A stretch of DNA of 64,000 nt from Clostridiales bacterium (GTDB lineage: Bacteria; Bacillota; Clostridia; Christensenellales; Borkfalkiaceae): assembly GCA_023667345.1 (NCBI GenBank), contig JAMPAF010000006.1, positions 6,997 through 70,996 of the forward strand. The letters are read 5' to 3'. The notes under the pieces were generated by a model. The model was not told where the DNA came from. It ran no database searches and saw only the letters and a list, made by a program, of their open reading frames with translations. This document shows positions 8,558 to 16,819 of the stretch, in pieces; the stretch's first letter is position 1; every line of letters starts with the position of its first letter. The position numbers and the translations under genes are program-made.

Positions 8558-8757
8558 ATTTCTCTCTCGTCGATTTCTTTTGCTTGGGGCGCAAAACAAA
8601 TGCGACGAATTTGAGGGCGTTGCCCTAGCCGCGCGATAAATTTAAGCCCTCTATTATTAGAAATCGCGCGGCTTTACCTACTGAGGCGCAGGTATGCGCA
8701 AATTGGGGCGCGCTGCGCAAAAGCGCGGTTTTGCTTGCTACATTTATTATTTTAAAA
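8558..8757 (-). repeat. L element copy immediately upstream of obg
   Basis: The reverse complement aligns end to end with 23685-23883. Starts right after the obg ATG. Confidence 0.85.
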
Positions 8758-9084
8758 ATTTTAATTCGCAATGCGGAATTACTTATTACGGTCGGAGTAA
8801 TCAAACGCAGACTACGTAATTCTGGATTGCCACGGGCACAAGTGCCCTCGCAATGACGGCGTCCCCAACCCCTTGCCTTCCCCGTTGAAGGGACGAGCAA
8901 CACATTTCTCAAAACAGCACTGTGCGCTGTTTTGGCGTTGCGAGATGAGCAAACGCATATGTCCCGCGTTTGCGGTGACCGAACACGCCGTTTCCCTTGC
9001 GGCGTGTGAGAAAGGTGGCTGCGTAGCAGACGGAAGAGGTTGGTTCTTTTAATTATTCCTCAGCCGCATTCCTAATTCCGAATT
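8758..9084. repeat. hairpin chain: heptamers, T2 module (8807-8859), P-like hairpin, three unique hairpins, P2/P3 modules, H array (9064-9084)
   Basis: T2 = reverse complement of CCGTCATTGCGAGGGCACTTGTGCCCGTGGCAATCCAGAATTACGTAGTCTGC. Stems CAAAACAGC/GCTGTTTTG, GCAAACGC/GCGTTTGC, ACACGCCG/CGGCGTGT. GGCTGC-gta-GCAGAC. CCGCATT CCTAATT CCGAATT overlap the rho stop. Confidence 0.8.
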
Positions 9085-10513
9085 AACTTTTAAATACTTT
9101 CAAAAACGCCTGCGATTTGACGCAGAATTCCCCGTTCGTCGCCGCCTTTTTCATCGACGCGTACAGCTCTTCCTCTTTTAAGTTTTTGGCAAGCTGTCCG
9201 CGGATAACCGCCGCGCAACCGAGTTCGTTTTCGTTCAATAAAAGCTCTTCCTTCCTCGCGCCCGAAGAGCGTATGTCGATTGCGGGGAAAACCCTTCTTT
9301 CGGCAAGCTGACGGGAAAGTACGATTTCCATATTGCCCGTAGACTTGAACTCTTCGTAAATGATATCGTCAAGTCTGCTGCCCGTATCGACGAGCGCGGT
9401 TGCGATTATTGTCAGCGAGCCGCCGTTTTCGATATTGCGCGCCGCGCCGAAAAAGCGTTTGGGCTCGACGAGAGCCTGCGGGTCGAGACCGCCCGAAAGC
9501 GTTCTGCCCGAGTTCGCGAGCGCATTGTGCGCCCTTGCAAGACGGGTTATGCTGTCGAGCAAAAGAACGACGTCCCTGCCCGTTTCCGCCTGCCGCTTTG
9601 CATATTCAAGGGTAAGCCCCGCAATGTGCGTATGGTGCACGTCGCCCTTGTCGAACGTGGAATATATCACCTCAGCGCCGTCGACAGAGCGCATAATGTC
9701 GGTGACCTCTTCGGGGCGCTCGTCCACCAAAAGCACGATAACCAGCGCGTCGGGGTGGTTGCGGCGGATACCGCACGCTATGTTTTTGAGCATAGTCGTC
9801 TTGCCCGCCTTGGGGGGCGAAACTATCAGAGCCCTCTGCCCGAAGCCTATCGGCGAGAAGAGGTCGATTACCCTGTCGGTAAGATTGCCGTCGGGGTTTT
9901 CGAGAGTTATGCGTCTGTCGGGATAGCAAGGGGTGAGGCTTTCGAAAGGAATTCCGCGGGGCGTATCGGGCGAGCGTCCGTTCACGCTTAGAATATAGGT
10001 TGCGCCCGGGCACTCGTTGGGTTTTCTGCGCTTTGCTCTGCACACTATTTTATCGCCCGTGCGCAGGCGGAAACGGTTGACGAACGAGATATGCATGAAC
10101 ACGTCGTTCGCCGAAGTTATCTGCATATTCTGCGTGCGCAGAAACCAGAACTTTTCTGTGGGCTCCAAAACGCCCGAATAGGTCGCCTCTTCCTCTTCTT
10201 CCACCGAAGAAAGCGTTAAAACGCCCTTTTCGGGCGGCTCCTCGGCAGAGCTTGCAAGCTGGGCATAGTATTGCTTGCACTTTAAAATTTCCTCCACCGT
10301 CTCAAAGTCGTACTCCTCCGACTTGGGGGGCGCGCCGCGCGTGGGACGGGGGCAAGGCTCCGTCCGGTTTTTGGCGATGGCGAGAATGTCGTCGATAATC
10401 TCCGCCTTTTTCCTCTTCGTGGGGTTAGCAACGCCAACCGCCCTGCCTATCTGCCAAAGCTGGTGTATGCCCTTTGTGTCGAGCCTTAATCTGATACTGT
10501 CGGCTAAATCCAT
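9083..10513 (-). CDS. rho: transcription termination factor Rho
   Basis: Walker A SPPKAGKTT, LLVDERPEEV, and RecA-type core with ALVDTGSRLDD...EFKSTGNMEIVL. N-terminal extension of about 110 aa before the RNA-binding domain. Confidence 0.95.
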   Translation of the reverse strand: MDLADSIRLRLDTKGIHQLWQIGRAVGVANPTKRKKAEIIDDILAIAKNRTEPCPRPTRGAPPKSEEYDFETVEEILKCKQYYAQLASSAEEPPEKGVLTLSSVEEEEEATYSGVLEPTEKFWFLRTQNMQITSANDVFMHISFVNRFRLRTGDKIVCRAKRRKPNECPGATYILSVNGRSPDTPRGIPFESLTPCYPDRRITLENPDGNLTDRVIDLFSPIGFGQRALIVSPPKAGKTTMLKNIACGIRRNHPDALVIVLLVDERPEEVTDIMRSVDGAEVIYSTFDKGDVHHTHIAGLTLEYAKRQAETGRDVVLLLDSITRLARAHNALANSGRTLSGGLDPQALVEPKRFFGAARNIENGGSLTIIATALVDTGSRLDDIIYEEFKSTGNMEIVLSRQLAERRVFPAIDIRSSGARKEELLLNENELGCAAVIRGQLAKNLKEEELYASMKKAATNGEFCVKSQAFLKVFKS

Positions 10514-10692
10514 TATTGACCTCTTAAAAAATATTTTCGGAATTGATATGAAACTATACGGCGAAAAGCTTGCCGCAACGTAACGAAAAACGCAGTTTGA
10601 CTGCCCTGAAACTTTTTATAACTTTTATAACTTATGATAAGCGGAATGAAAAATATGAATTGCAAGGACGGGCAGACGCTATGAGATTAAAA

Positions 10693-11337
10693 TTACCTCA
10701 TAACGTAAACCTTTGTTGTTTCGCCGTCGACATCGTCGCGGGTGAGCTCTATCTCATCGCCCGTCTCCTCGCACTCTACGCCGTCGTCTTCCATAAGCGA
10801 AACGAATTCGTCAACTTTGTCTATGTCGATAAGGCACCCCTTCGTGCGGTAGTGCATGGGGATAACCACGTCGGGCATAATGCGGTCCACGTACTCCTTT
10901 GCCGTCTTTGCGTCTATCGTATAGTTGCCGCCGACGGGAATTAAAAGCACGTTTACAGGCAGTATTGCCTCGATAAGCTCTGCCGAACACTCCTCGCCGA
11001 GGTCGCCCAAATGGCACACGTCCAGCCCGTCCATACGGAACTTGAATATGACGTTTTCGCCGCGGAGAGAACCGCCCATACCGTCGTGACAGCTCTTTAC
11101 GGAATTTATTACCACGCCGGGCAGTTCGTAACCTTGCTCGTGAGATAAAATTACGGGGTTGCCGCCCACCGCCTTTACGTTGTTATGGTCGTAATGCCCG
11201 TGAGAGACGGTCACCGCGTCCGCCGAAACTTTCGGCATTTCGTAACCTATCGCGCCGTCGTAGGGGTCGGTAACAATCGCCGTGCCCGTACTTTCGGTTA
11301 AAAGAAAACTCGAATGTCCCAGATACTTAATCTTCAT
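10693..11337 (-). CDS. MBL-fold metallo-hydrolase
   Basis: MKIKYLGHSSFLL...VSHGHYDHNN (HxHxDH motif). Start trimmed to ATG 11337. Confidence 0.85.
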   Translation of the reverse strand: MKIKYLGHSSFLLTESTGTAIVTDPYDGAIGYEMPKVSADAVTVSHGHYDHNNVKAVGGNPVILSHEQGYELPGVVINSVKSCHDGMGGSLRGENVIFKFRMDGLDVCHLGDLGEECSAELIEAILPVNVLLIPVGGNYTIDAKTAKEYVDRIMPDVVIPMHYRTKGCLIDIDKVDEFVSLMEDDGVECEETGDEIELTRDDVDGETTKVYVMR

Positions 11338-11387
11338 ACGCGTATTATTGTAAATAAAAAAAACGAAATTGTCAAGAAAATAACCCG

Positions 11388-11765
11388 CTATTGCAACACG
11401 CTTGCCACAACGGAAAGTTTTATGACCTCGCCGCACGCACCGTACGAAAAATCGCACTCCGCCCTGCAATCAAAGCCGTCGAACCGCACGGCGAGTTTTT
11501 GCGTGCAGACGGGGAATTCGCCGCCGCTTTGCCCGTCGGATAAGCGCGCCGCCGTCGTCTGCCCCTCGATAAATTTCATACTTAAATTAAAGTCGCCGTC
11601 GCGGCTCTGCGCCATAGCGTTTTCGGCAATTTCGAGTTTATATTCCGCGCCGTCGTAGCGGTAGCAAAGAACGAGCACACCGCCGATAAAATCCCCTTCC
11701 GCGTCCGCCGCCGTGACCGTCCTTTCGCCCTCCGCGACTTGCGTTATCAAAAGCGAGTACTTCAT
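11388..11765 (-). CDS. small beta-rich protein, DUF1934/YwiB-like (tentative)
   Basis: 125-aa ORF overlapping the tyrA stop by ATGA (translational coupling). Composition and length resemble DUF1934; no diagnostic motif. Confidence 0.45.
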   Translation of the reverse strand: MKYSLLITQVAEGERTVTAADAEGDFIGGVLVLCYRYDGAEYKLEIAENAMAQSRDGDFNLSMKFIEGQTTAARLSDGQSGGEFPVCTQKLAVRFDGFDCRAECDFSYGACGEVIKLSVVASVLQ

Positions 11766-12628
11766 TTCAGCTCCGTTACGGTTATGCCGTCGCCCGTAAA
11801 TCCGCTTGCCTTGCCATTGCGGTAGGCGTTCGCGCCGACGGCGAAATATTTTTTAACTTCTTCCGCGCCGCCGCCCGCCTTCGCCCTTTTTAGCGCGGCA
11901 ATAAATTCGTTTAAGGAATTTGCAAGGTTGTTTGCGCTCACAAGCAGGTTGTCCGCGTTTATTGTAAACAGCTCCGACCACACCCCCTCGTCGACGCCCG
12001 CAATGCGCGTCATATCCTGAAAACTGCCGCCCGTAAAGCCGAGGCACCCGTCTATCTCGGGGTCGTTTACATAGCAGTTCGAAACGACGTGCGCAAGCTG
12101 CGAGGTGTAGGCAATTTTTCTGTCGTGCAGCTCGGCGGAGCACTCGACAATGCGCGCAAACCCCATATCTTTAACCAGCCCTTTTATCACCGAAAAAGCG
12201 CGTTCGTCGGCACATATGCCGCGGGTAATGACCATACTCGCCCTGTCGAAGAGGTCGGCGCACGCGTTTTCCACGCCCGAAACTTCCTTTCCCGCCATGG
12301 GGTGCGTGCCCACGTAATTTATATTGAGTTCAGCCGCGCAGACCGCGTCCTCGATAAACTTTTTCACGCCGCAGATATCCGCAACTATCGCATCCTCTTT
12401 AAAGCGGGTGTGCAAAATAAAGTCGACCGCAGGCTTTGGCGGAAGAGCGACGAATACGACGTCGTAGCTTTCAAACTCGGTCGCCGCATTATCTATTATT
12501 CCGTTCTTCAACGCAAAATCGAGCGGCGCGGCGGAGCGGTTGTAACCGTCCGTTTTATACCCCGCGCGCTTCAACGCCATACAAATCGAGCCGCCTATAA
12601 GCCCCAGCCCCGCAACGCAAATTTTCAT
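11762..12628 (-). CDS. tyrA: prephenate dehydrogenase
   Basis: N-terminal Rossmann MKICVAGLGLIGGS, GTHPMAG, and HDRKIAYTSQLAHVV motifs. Confidence 0.9.
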   Translation of the reverse strand: MKICVAGLGLIGGSICMALKRAGYKTDGYNRSAAPLDFALKNGIIDNAATEFESYDVVFVALPPKPAVDFILHTRFKEDAIVADICGVKKFIEDAVCAAELNINYVGTHPMAGKEVSGVENACADLFDRASMVITRGICADERAFSVIKGLVKDMGFARIVECSAELHDRKIAYTSQLAHVVSNCYVNDPEIDGCLGFTGGSFQDMTRIAGVDEGVWSELFTINADNLLVSANNLANSLNEFIAALKRAKAGGGAEEVKKYFAVGANAYRNGKASGFTGDGITVTELK

Positions 12629-12673
12629 AATCTGTTACCTTTTAAACTTATTATAATTTAAGTATAACATAAA
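12603..12673 (+). repeat. direct repeat copy A (tyrA start plus upstream region)
   Basis: Aligns with 13441-13510 at an offset of 838 bp. By hand count, 8 substitutions and 1 single-nt indel in about 70 nt. Confidence 0.85.
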
Positions 12674-12708
12674 ATTTAATATTTCGCAATACGGCGCACA
12701 TTACAAAT

Positions 12709-12828
12709 CAAATTTTCAATTTCCTTATCCGTAAGTTCCCTCTTTCTCGCCCTCCGCAATTTGTTTGCAACACTGAATATCAAATCTATTTTTTCCTGCG
12801 TAAGTTTTTTTCCGTTTTTGTCTATCAT
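12709..12828 (-). CDS. 39-aa basic mini-ORF (hypothetical)
   Basis: Found by hand: MIDKNGKKLTQEKIDLIFSVANKLRRARKRELTDKELKI. AAAGG SD 8 nt upstream. Divergent from the XRE gene inside the AT-rich islet. Confidence 0.3.
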
Positions 12829-13001
12829 AATTTTAACCTTTCGTTTTTTATTCACTTCTTTCGCGAAACATAAGCGTAATTAAATTATACAGACCGACCT
12901 CTTAAATTGTCAACTCGATAATTTAAAAAGTCGGTCACAATATTTGTAGAAAAATAACTATCTTTGTCGAATATTGACGAAAACAAAAAAGGCAGATTAT
13001 T

Positions 13002-13436
13002 ATGACACAAAAATTCAGCGAAACGCTTAAAGAATTATTAGACGAAAGGGGCTTAAATAATAAGCAATTCAGTAAACTTGTAGGCATTAGCGAGGCTTGC
13101 ATTTCGTTATACATTAAAAACAATAATGTTCCGTCGGTAAGTCATTTGATAAAAATTGCTGAATATTTTCAATGCTCAACCGATTTTTTATTGGGCAGAG
13201 AACAGTTTAAAGAAAATTTATCTTTCAATGTTTGTCCTTCTTTCGGCGAGCAAGTTTGTTTTTTGGAAAAATATATGAACTTTACACCGAAAGATTTTTA
13301 TTCGAGAGAAAGAATTTCCAAAAGTTCGTATTTCGATTGGAAATACAACAAACGAAAACCGACGTTGGATAGCGTCATAGCACTTGCTGAAATTTGCGAA
13401 CGCCGCGTCGATTTTATCCTCGGCAGAGAAAGTTGA
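13002..13436 (+). CDS. XRE-family transcriptional regulator with two HTH-like halves
   Basis: LKELLDERGLNNKQFSKLVGISEACISLYIKNNNVPSVSHLIKIAEYFQCSTDFLLGRE is a canonical HTH_XRE. The second half ends ...VIALAEICERRVDFILGRES, echoing the same fold. Confidence 0.8.
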   Translation: MTQKFSETLKELLDERGLNNKQFSKLVGISEACISLYIKNNNVPSVSHLIKIAEYFQCSTDFLLGREQFKENLSFNVCPSFGEQVCFLEKYMNFTPKDFYSRERISKSSYFDWKYNKRKPTLDSVIALAEICERRVDFILGRES

Positions 13437-13440
13437 ATTG

Positions 13441-13510
13441 CCCAACCCCGCAACGCAAATTTTCATAATTTGCTACATTTCAAATTTATTATAGTTTAAG
13501 TATAATATAA
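13441..13510 (+). repeat. direct repeat copy B
   Basis: See copy A. Contains the pseudo-start ATGAAAATTTGCGTTGCGGGG on the minus strand. Confidence 0.85.
13442..13466 (-). pseudogene. duplicated 5' end of tyrA (first 8 codons) with its upstream region
   Basis: ATGAAAATTTGCGTTGCGGGGTTGGG repeats the tyrA start 838 bp away. Track ORF 13218-13466 (MKICVAGLGNSTF...) is this remnant read into antisense XRE sequence. Confidence 0.7.
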
Positions 13511-13534
13511 GTTCAGGCGTAAACAAATAATAGC

Positions 13535-13563
13535 TTGACATATTTCGCCGTTCGCCTTAAAAT
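13535..13563 (+). promoter_or_regulatory. promoter TTGACA-17-TAAAAT for the SpoU-family gene
   Basis: Consensus -35 and 17-nt spacer. Confidence 0.5.
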
Positions 13564-13594
13564 AAATTTAAACAATTTATGCAGAGGGGCAATT

Positions 13595-14095
13595 ATGGTT
13601 CAGTTAAACCATTATCAAACTTTGGAAAAAATGCAGAATTGCGCTGTCAATTCCGAATTGTATCTTTTTGTCTGCGGTATTTCAGCCGAAAATTTAGGGC
13701 TTATTTTACGCTCGGCAGATATTTTCGGTGCAAAAAAAGTCATTTACTACGGGGGCGCGCCCGAACAAACGCAAAAAATCAAAAGGTTATCGCGCAATGC
13801 CGCAGTAGAGATGGTTTACACCGATAACTCCGACATACTTGAATATCTTAAAGAGCAAGGCTATAAAATACTCGCTTTGGAAATTACCGATACTGCAGAA
13901 CCTCTGAATAAGATTGACTTCGGCGATAAAAGTTGTTTAGTTGTAGGAAACGAACAACACGGTATCCCTCAGGATATTTTAAATAAATGCGACAAAGCGT
14001 ACTATATCGAGATGGCAAGCAAGAATATATCTTCGTTAAACGTTGCAGTTGCTACATCGATAGCGCTCAACAAATACCTTGAAAACCGTCTGTAA
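13595..14095 (+). CDS. SpoU/TrmH-family RNA 2'-O-methyltransferase (minimal, about 166 aa)
   Basis: NLGLILRSADIFGAKKV, LVVGNEQHGIP, and SLNVAVATSIAL motifs. Start at ATG 13595 with an AGAGGGG SD. The TTG start in the track is actually the -35 box TTGACA. Confidence 0.85.
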   Translation: MVQLNHYQTLEKMQNCAVNSELYLFVCGISAENLGLILRSADIFGAKKVIYYGGAPEQTQKIKRLSRNAAVEMVYTDNSDILEYLKEQGYKILALEITDTAEPLNKIDFGDKSCLVVGNEQHGIPQDILNKCDKAYYIEMASKNISSLNVAVATSIALNKYLENRL

Positions 14096-14120
14096 TTTTT
14101 ATTTTTACTAAGGAGTAAAT

Positions 14121-14345
14121 ATGGGAAGAATTAATTTCAACGTAGGCGAATATACGGTAAATCAAGTTGATTATAATCGCAGCAACGGAAGTAGCGACGT
14201 AGTTTGTCAAGTTAAAAAGTACGGAGCCGAAATTTGCCACTGCACCTGGCACCCCGACGGCGCAATTCACTGCAAAGACCGCAACGACAACGATTACCCC
14301 TACTCATCTTGCCCGTTGTACGCATCGTCAAATTGTCTGAGATAA
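14121..14345 (+). CDS. 74-aa cysteine-rich protein (hypothetical)
   Basis: Strong AAGGAG SD 7 nt upstream. Six Cys (C-x9-C-x-C-x9-C-x12-C-x7-C), no signal peptide, no family recognised. Confidence 0.55.
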   Translation: MGRINFNVGEYTVNQVDYNRSNGSSDVVCQVKKYGAEICHCTWHPDGAIHCKDRNDNDYPYSSCPLYASSNCLR

Positions 14346-14417
14346 ATATAATCTTGTTTACAGCTCGAATCTCCTCGGATTCGGGTTGTAAATTTAATAA
14401 GGCACTTATCAATTCAT

Positions 14418-14446
14418 TTGACAATTTTTGGTAAGTTTTTTATAAT
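14418..14446 (+). promoter_or_regulatory. promoter TTGACA-17-TATAAT for pgk
   Basis: Perfect consensus hexamers and spacing, 40 nt upstream of the pgk ATG. Confidence 0.6.
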
Positions 14447-14485
14447 GTTAAGCGAAAAAAATAAATATTTTCGAGGTGTTTTTCA

Positions 14486-15796
14486 ATGAACAAAATGTCG
14501 GTTAAAGATTTGAAAAATCTTAAAGGCAAAAAAGTACTCGTAAGGTGCGATTTCAACGTGCCTATGAAAGACGGCGTCATTACTGACGAAAACAGAATTT
14601 TAGGTGCGCTCCCCACCATTAAATATCTTTTGGACGCGGGCGCACGCGTTACCCTTTGCTCGCATATGGGCAAGCCCCACTCCATTTTCTCCGCCGAGGT
14701 CAAGCTCAACAAAAAGGACAAGAAAAAGGTCGAGGCGGGCGAAACCACCGCGGAAGCTATCGTCGAAAAGGCTAAAAAGGACGAGCCCAAAAAGCTCACC
14801 CTTGCCCCCGTCGCAAAGAGACTTGCAGAACTTACGGGCGGCAAAGTCGTGTTCGCTTCCGACGTAATAGGCGCGGACGCTAAGGCAAAGCGCGACGCGT
14901 TAAAGGACGGCGAGGCGGTTTTGCTTGAAAACCTGCGCTTCCACTGGGAAGAGGAGAAAAAGGACGAAGCGTTCTGCAAAGAGCTTGCTTACGACGCGGA
15001 AATTTACGTCAACGACGCGTTCGGCACGGCGCACCGCTCTCACGCTTCCACCGCGGCTATCGTCGAGTACGGCATTATAAAGACCGCCGTCTGCGGCTTC
15101 CTCATCGAAAAAGAGCTGTCGGTTATGGCGGCTACGCTCGAAAATCCCGAAAGACCTTTCGTCGCAATTTTGGGCGGCGCGAAGGTTGCGGATAAACTGA
15201 ACGTAATTTCCAACCTTTTGGAAAAGTGCGACACGCTGATAATCGGCGGCGGCATGGCTTACACCTTCCTTAAAGCCAAGGGCTACGAGGTGGGCACCTC
15301 GCTTTTGGACGAAGAGAAGATAGGCTACTGCAAGGAAATGCTTGAAAAAGCCGAAAAAGCGGGCAAAAAATTGCTTTTACCCGTCGACACGGTTGTGTGC
15401 AAGGCGTTCCCCGACCCCATCGACGCGCCCGTCGAGGTTGTCACCGTCGACAGCGACAAGATACCCGCGGATATGAAGGGTATGGATATAGGCGAAAAGA
15501 CGAGAAAGCTTTACGCGGACGCGGTTGCGAGCGCGAAGTCGGTCGTTTGGAACGGACCTATGGGCGTGTTCGAAAACCCCACCTTAGCTGCGGGCACGAT
15601 TGCGGTTGCCAAGGCTTTGGCGGACGTTTACGGCAAGTGCACGACAATTATCGGCGGCGGCGACAGCGCGGCGGCTGTACAGCAGCTCGGCTTTGCAGAT
15701 AAAATGAGCCATATCTCAACGGGCGGCGGCGCGTCGTTAGAGCTTTTCGAAGGCAAAGTTCTCCCTGGCATTGCTTGCCTGAACGACAAAAATTAA
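14486..15796 (+). CDS. pgk: phosphoglycerate kinase (with Lys-rich insertion)
   Basis: [17 protein letters not shown], and GGGDSAAAV motifs. 436 aa, about 35-40 aa longer than typical because of the insertion at residues about 68-100. Confidence 0.95.
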   Translation: MNKMSVKDLKNLKGKKVLVRCDFNVPMKDGVITDENRILGALPTIKYLLDAGARVTLCSHMGKPHSIFSAEVKLNKKDKKKVEAGETTAEAIVEKAKKDEPKKLTLAPVAKRLAELTGGKVVFASDVIGADAKAKRDALKDGEAVLLENLRFHWEEEKKDEAFCKELAYDAEIYVNDAFGTAHRSHASTAAIVEYGIIKTAVCGFLIEKELSVMAATLENPERPFVAILGGAKVADKLNVISNLLEKCDTLIIGGGMAYTFLKAKGYEVGTSLLDEEKIGYCKEMLEKAEKAGKKLLLPVDTVVCKAFPDPIDAPVEVVTVDSDKIPADMKGMDIGEKTRKLYADAVASAKSVVWNGPMGVFENPTLAAGTIAVAKALADVYGKCTTIIGGGDSAAAVQQLGFADKMSHISTGGGASLELFEGKVLPGIACLNDKN

Positions 15797-15804
15797 AATA
15801 ATTC

Positions 15805-15836
15805 AGGGGGAGGTGGCGAGTCTCCCCTTATTTTTA
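15805..15836 (+). terminator. intrinsic terminator after pgk
   Basis: GGGGAG-9 nt-CTCCCC followed by TTATTTTT. Confidence 0.6.
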
Positions 15837-15844
15837 ATACGGAA

Positions 15845-16723
15845 ATGAAGAAATTCAGGCAAAAGAAAACTTGCGGAACGTACAAAAAGCGCATAAATAT
15901 CGCATTCTTTCTATATACGCTTTATATACTGCTATGCTTTTCCTCCGTGCTTATAGTTGCCGTCTGCGTGCCGAAAGAGAGCGCGGGCATTGCCGGCTGT
16001 ATAAGCCTTGGCGCGGCGCTTGCTCTCTTTTTTGCAGGTTCGGCGGCGTTCGTATTCCGCGTAACGCCGAAGCTTAAAAAGGCACAGGCGCGGGAGGACT
16101 TTGCACGCGGAGATTTTTCTCCCTATTCTTCAGAAGCCGAAACGGAAATATTCGAACATGAATATTTTATTGCGCGGTATGTCCTTTCCGCTTCTCCCTT
16201 CGACGAGGACGAAAGCGTGATATTGCCCGACAAACGGGCGATTAATAATTACCTTTCGCAATTTTCGCGGGAAAGATTGATAAGCGAACAAACCTTTGAA
16301 CACGGCGTAAACGCATCCCCGTTTTTCGTAGGTTACTTTTTAGACGGCGATTTGAAAATACGCGCTGAGAAACGCAAGACGGGCGATGAAATCACCGTTG
16401 AGTTTTACGAGATGCACCGCGCGGAATTTTCTGAAAAGGGCGTAACCGTCGGCGGCAAATTTTACGATTACGAAACCGATATCCAAGCCAAAGTAACCGC
16501 GCGGTTCGGACGCGAAACCGACCTTTTCGTAAGCATACGGTATATTATTCTTTTAGGCGAGGACGGGGCGCTGTCGTTCGAAGCGTCGTCGCGCGTTGCG
16601 GCGGTTATTAACCGTTTCGGCATAAAAGTCGACAATCGCGCTACGTTCGATTACATATGCGCCGACCCGCTAAAAGCCTACGAACAGACGGCTTTGCAGT
16701 TGGTATTGCAAAAACTCAGATAG
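15845..16723 (+). CDS. hypothetical membrane-anchored protein
   Basis: 292-aa ORF with two N-terminal TM segments, then a soluble domain. No family recognised. Sits between pgk and tpiA. Confidence 0.6.
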   Translation: MKKFRQKKTCGTYKKRINIAFFLYTLYILLCFSSVLIVAVCVPKESAGIAGCISLGAALALFFAGSAAFVFRVTPKLKKAQAREDFARGDFSPYSSEAETEIFEHEYFIARYVLSASPFDEDESVILPDKRAINNYLSQFSRERLISEQTFEHGVNASPFFVGYFLDGDLKIRAEKRKTGDEITVEFYEMHRAEFSEKGVTVGGKFYDYETDIQAKVTARFGRETDLFVSIRYIILLGEDGALSFEASSRVAAVINRFGIKVDNRATFDYICADPLKAYEQTALQLVLQKLR

Positions 16724-16761
16724 ACGGCGACCAAATTATATCTATTTCTGCTTTTTTCGAA

Positions 16762-16790
16762 TTGCAATCGCGGTAGCAAAGTGGTATAAT
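16762..16790 (+). promoter_or_regulatory. promoter TTGCAA-17-TATAAT (TGG extended -10) for tpiA
   Basis: Read directly. Confidence 0.55.
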
Positions 16791-16819
16791 AAAAAAGATA
16801 AAATTACAGGAGTTTCGTT

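Noticed and set aside
10514-10692. The rho leader as a member of the repeat families or a distinct ncRNA.
   Set aside because: It contains only a short direct repeat (AAGTTATAAA x2), a promoter-like region and one weak hairpin. It has no similarity to other blocks, and an ordinary 5' UTR is the simpler reading.
13218-13466. 82-aa ORF starting MKICVAGLG.
   Set aside because: It is the duplicated tyrA start codon region read through into the antisense strand of the XRE gene. It is a remnant of the direct repeat, not a gene.
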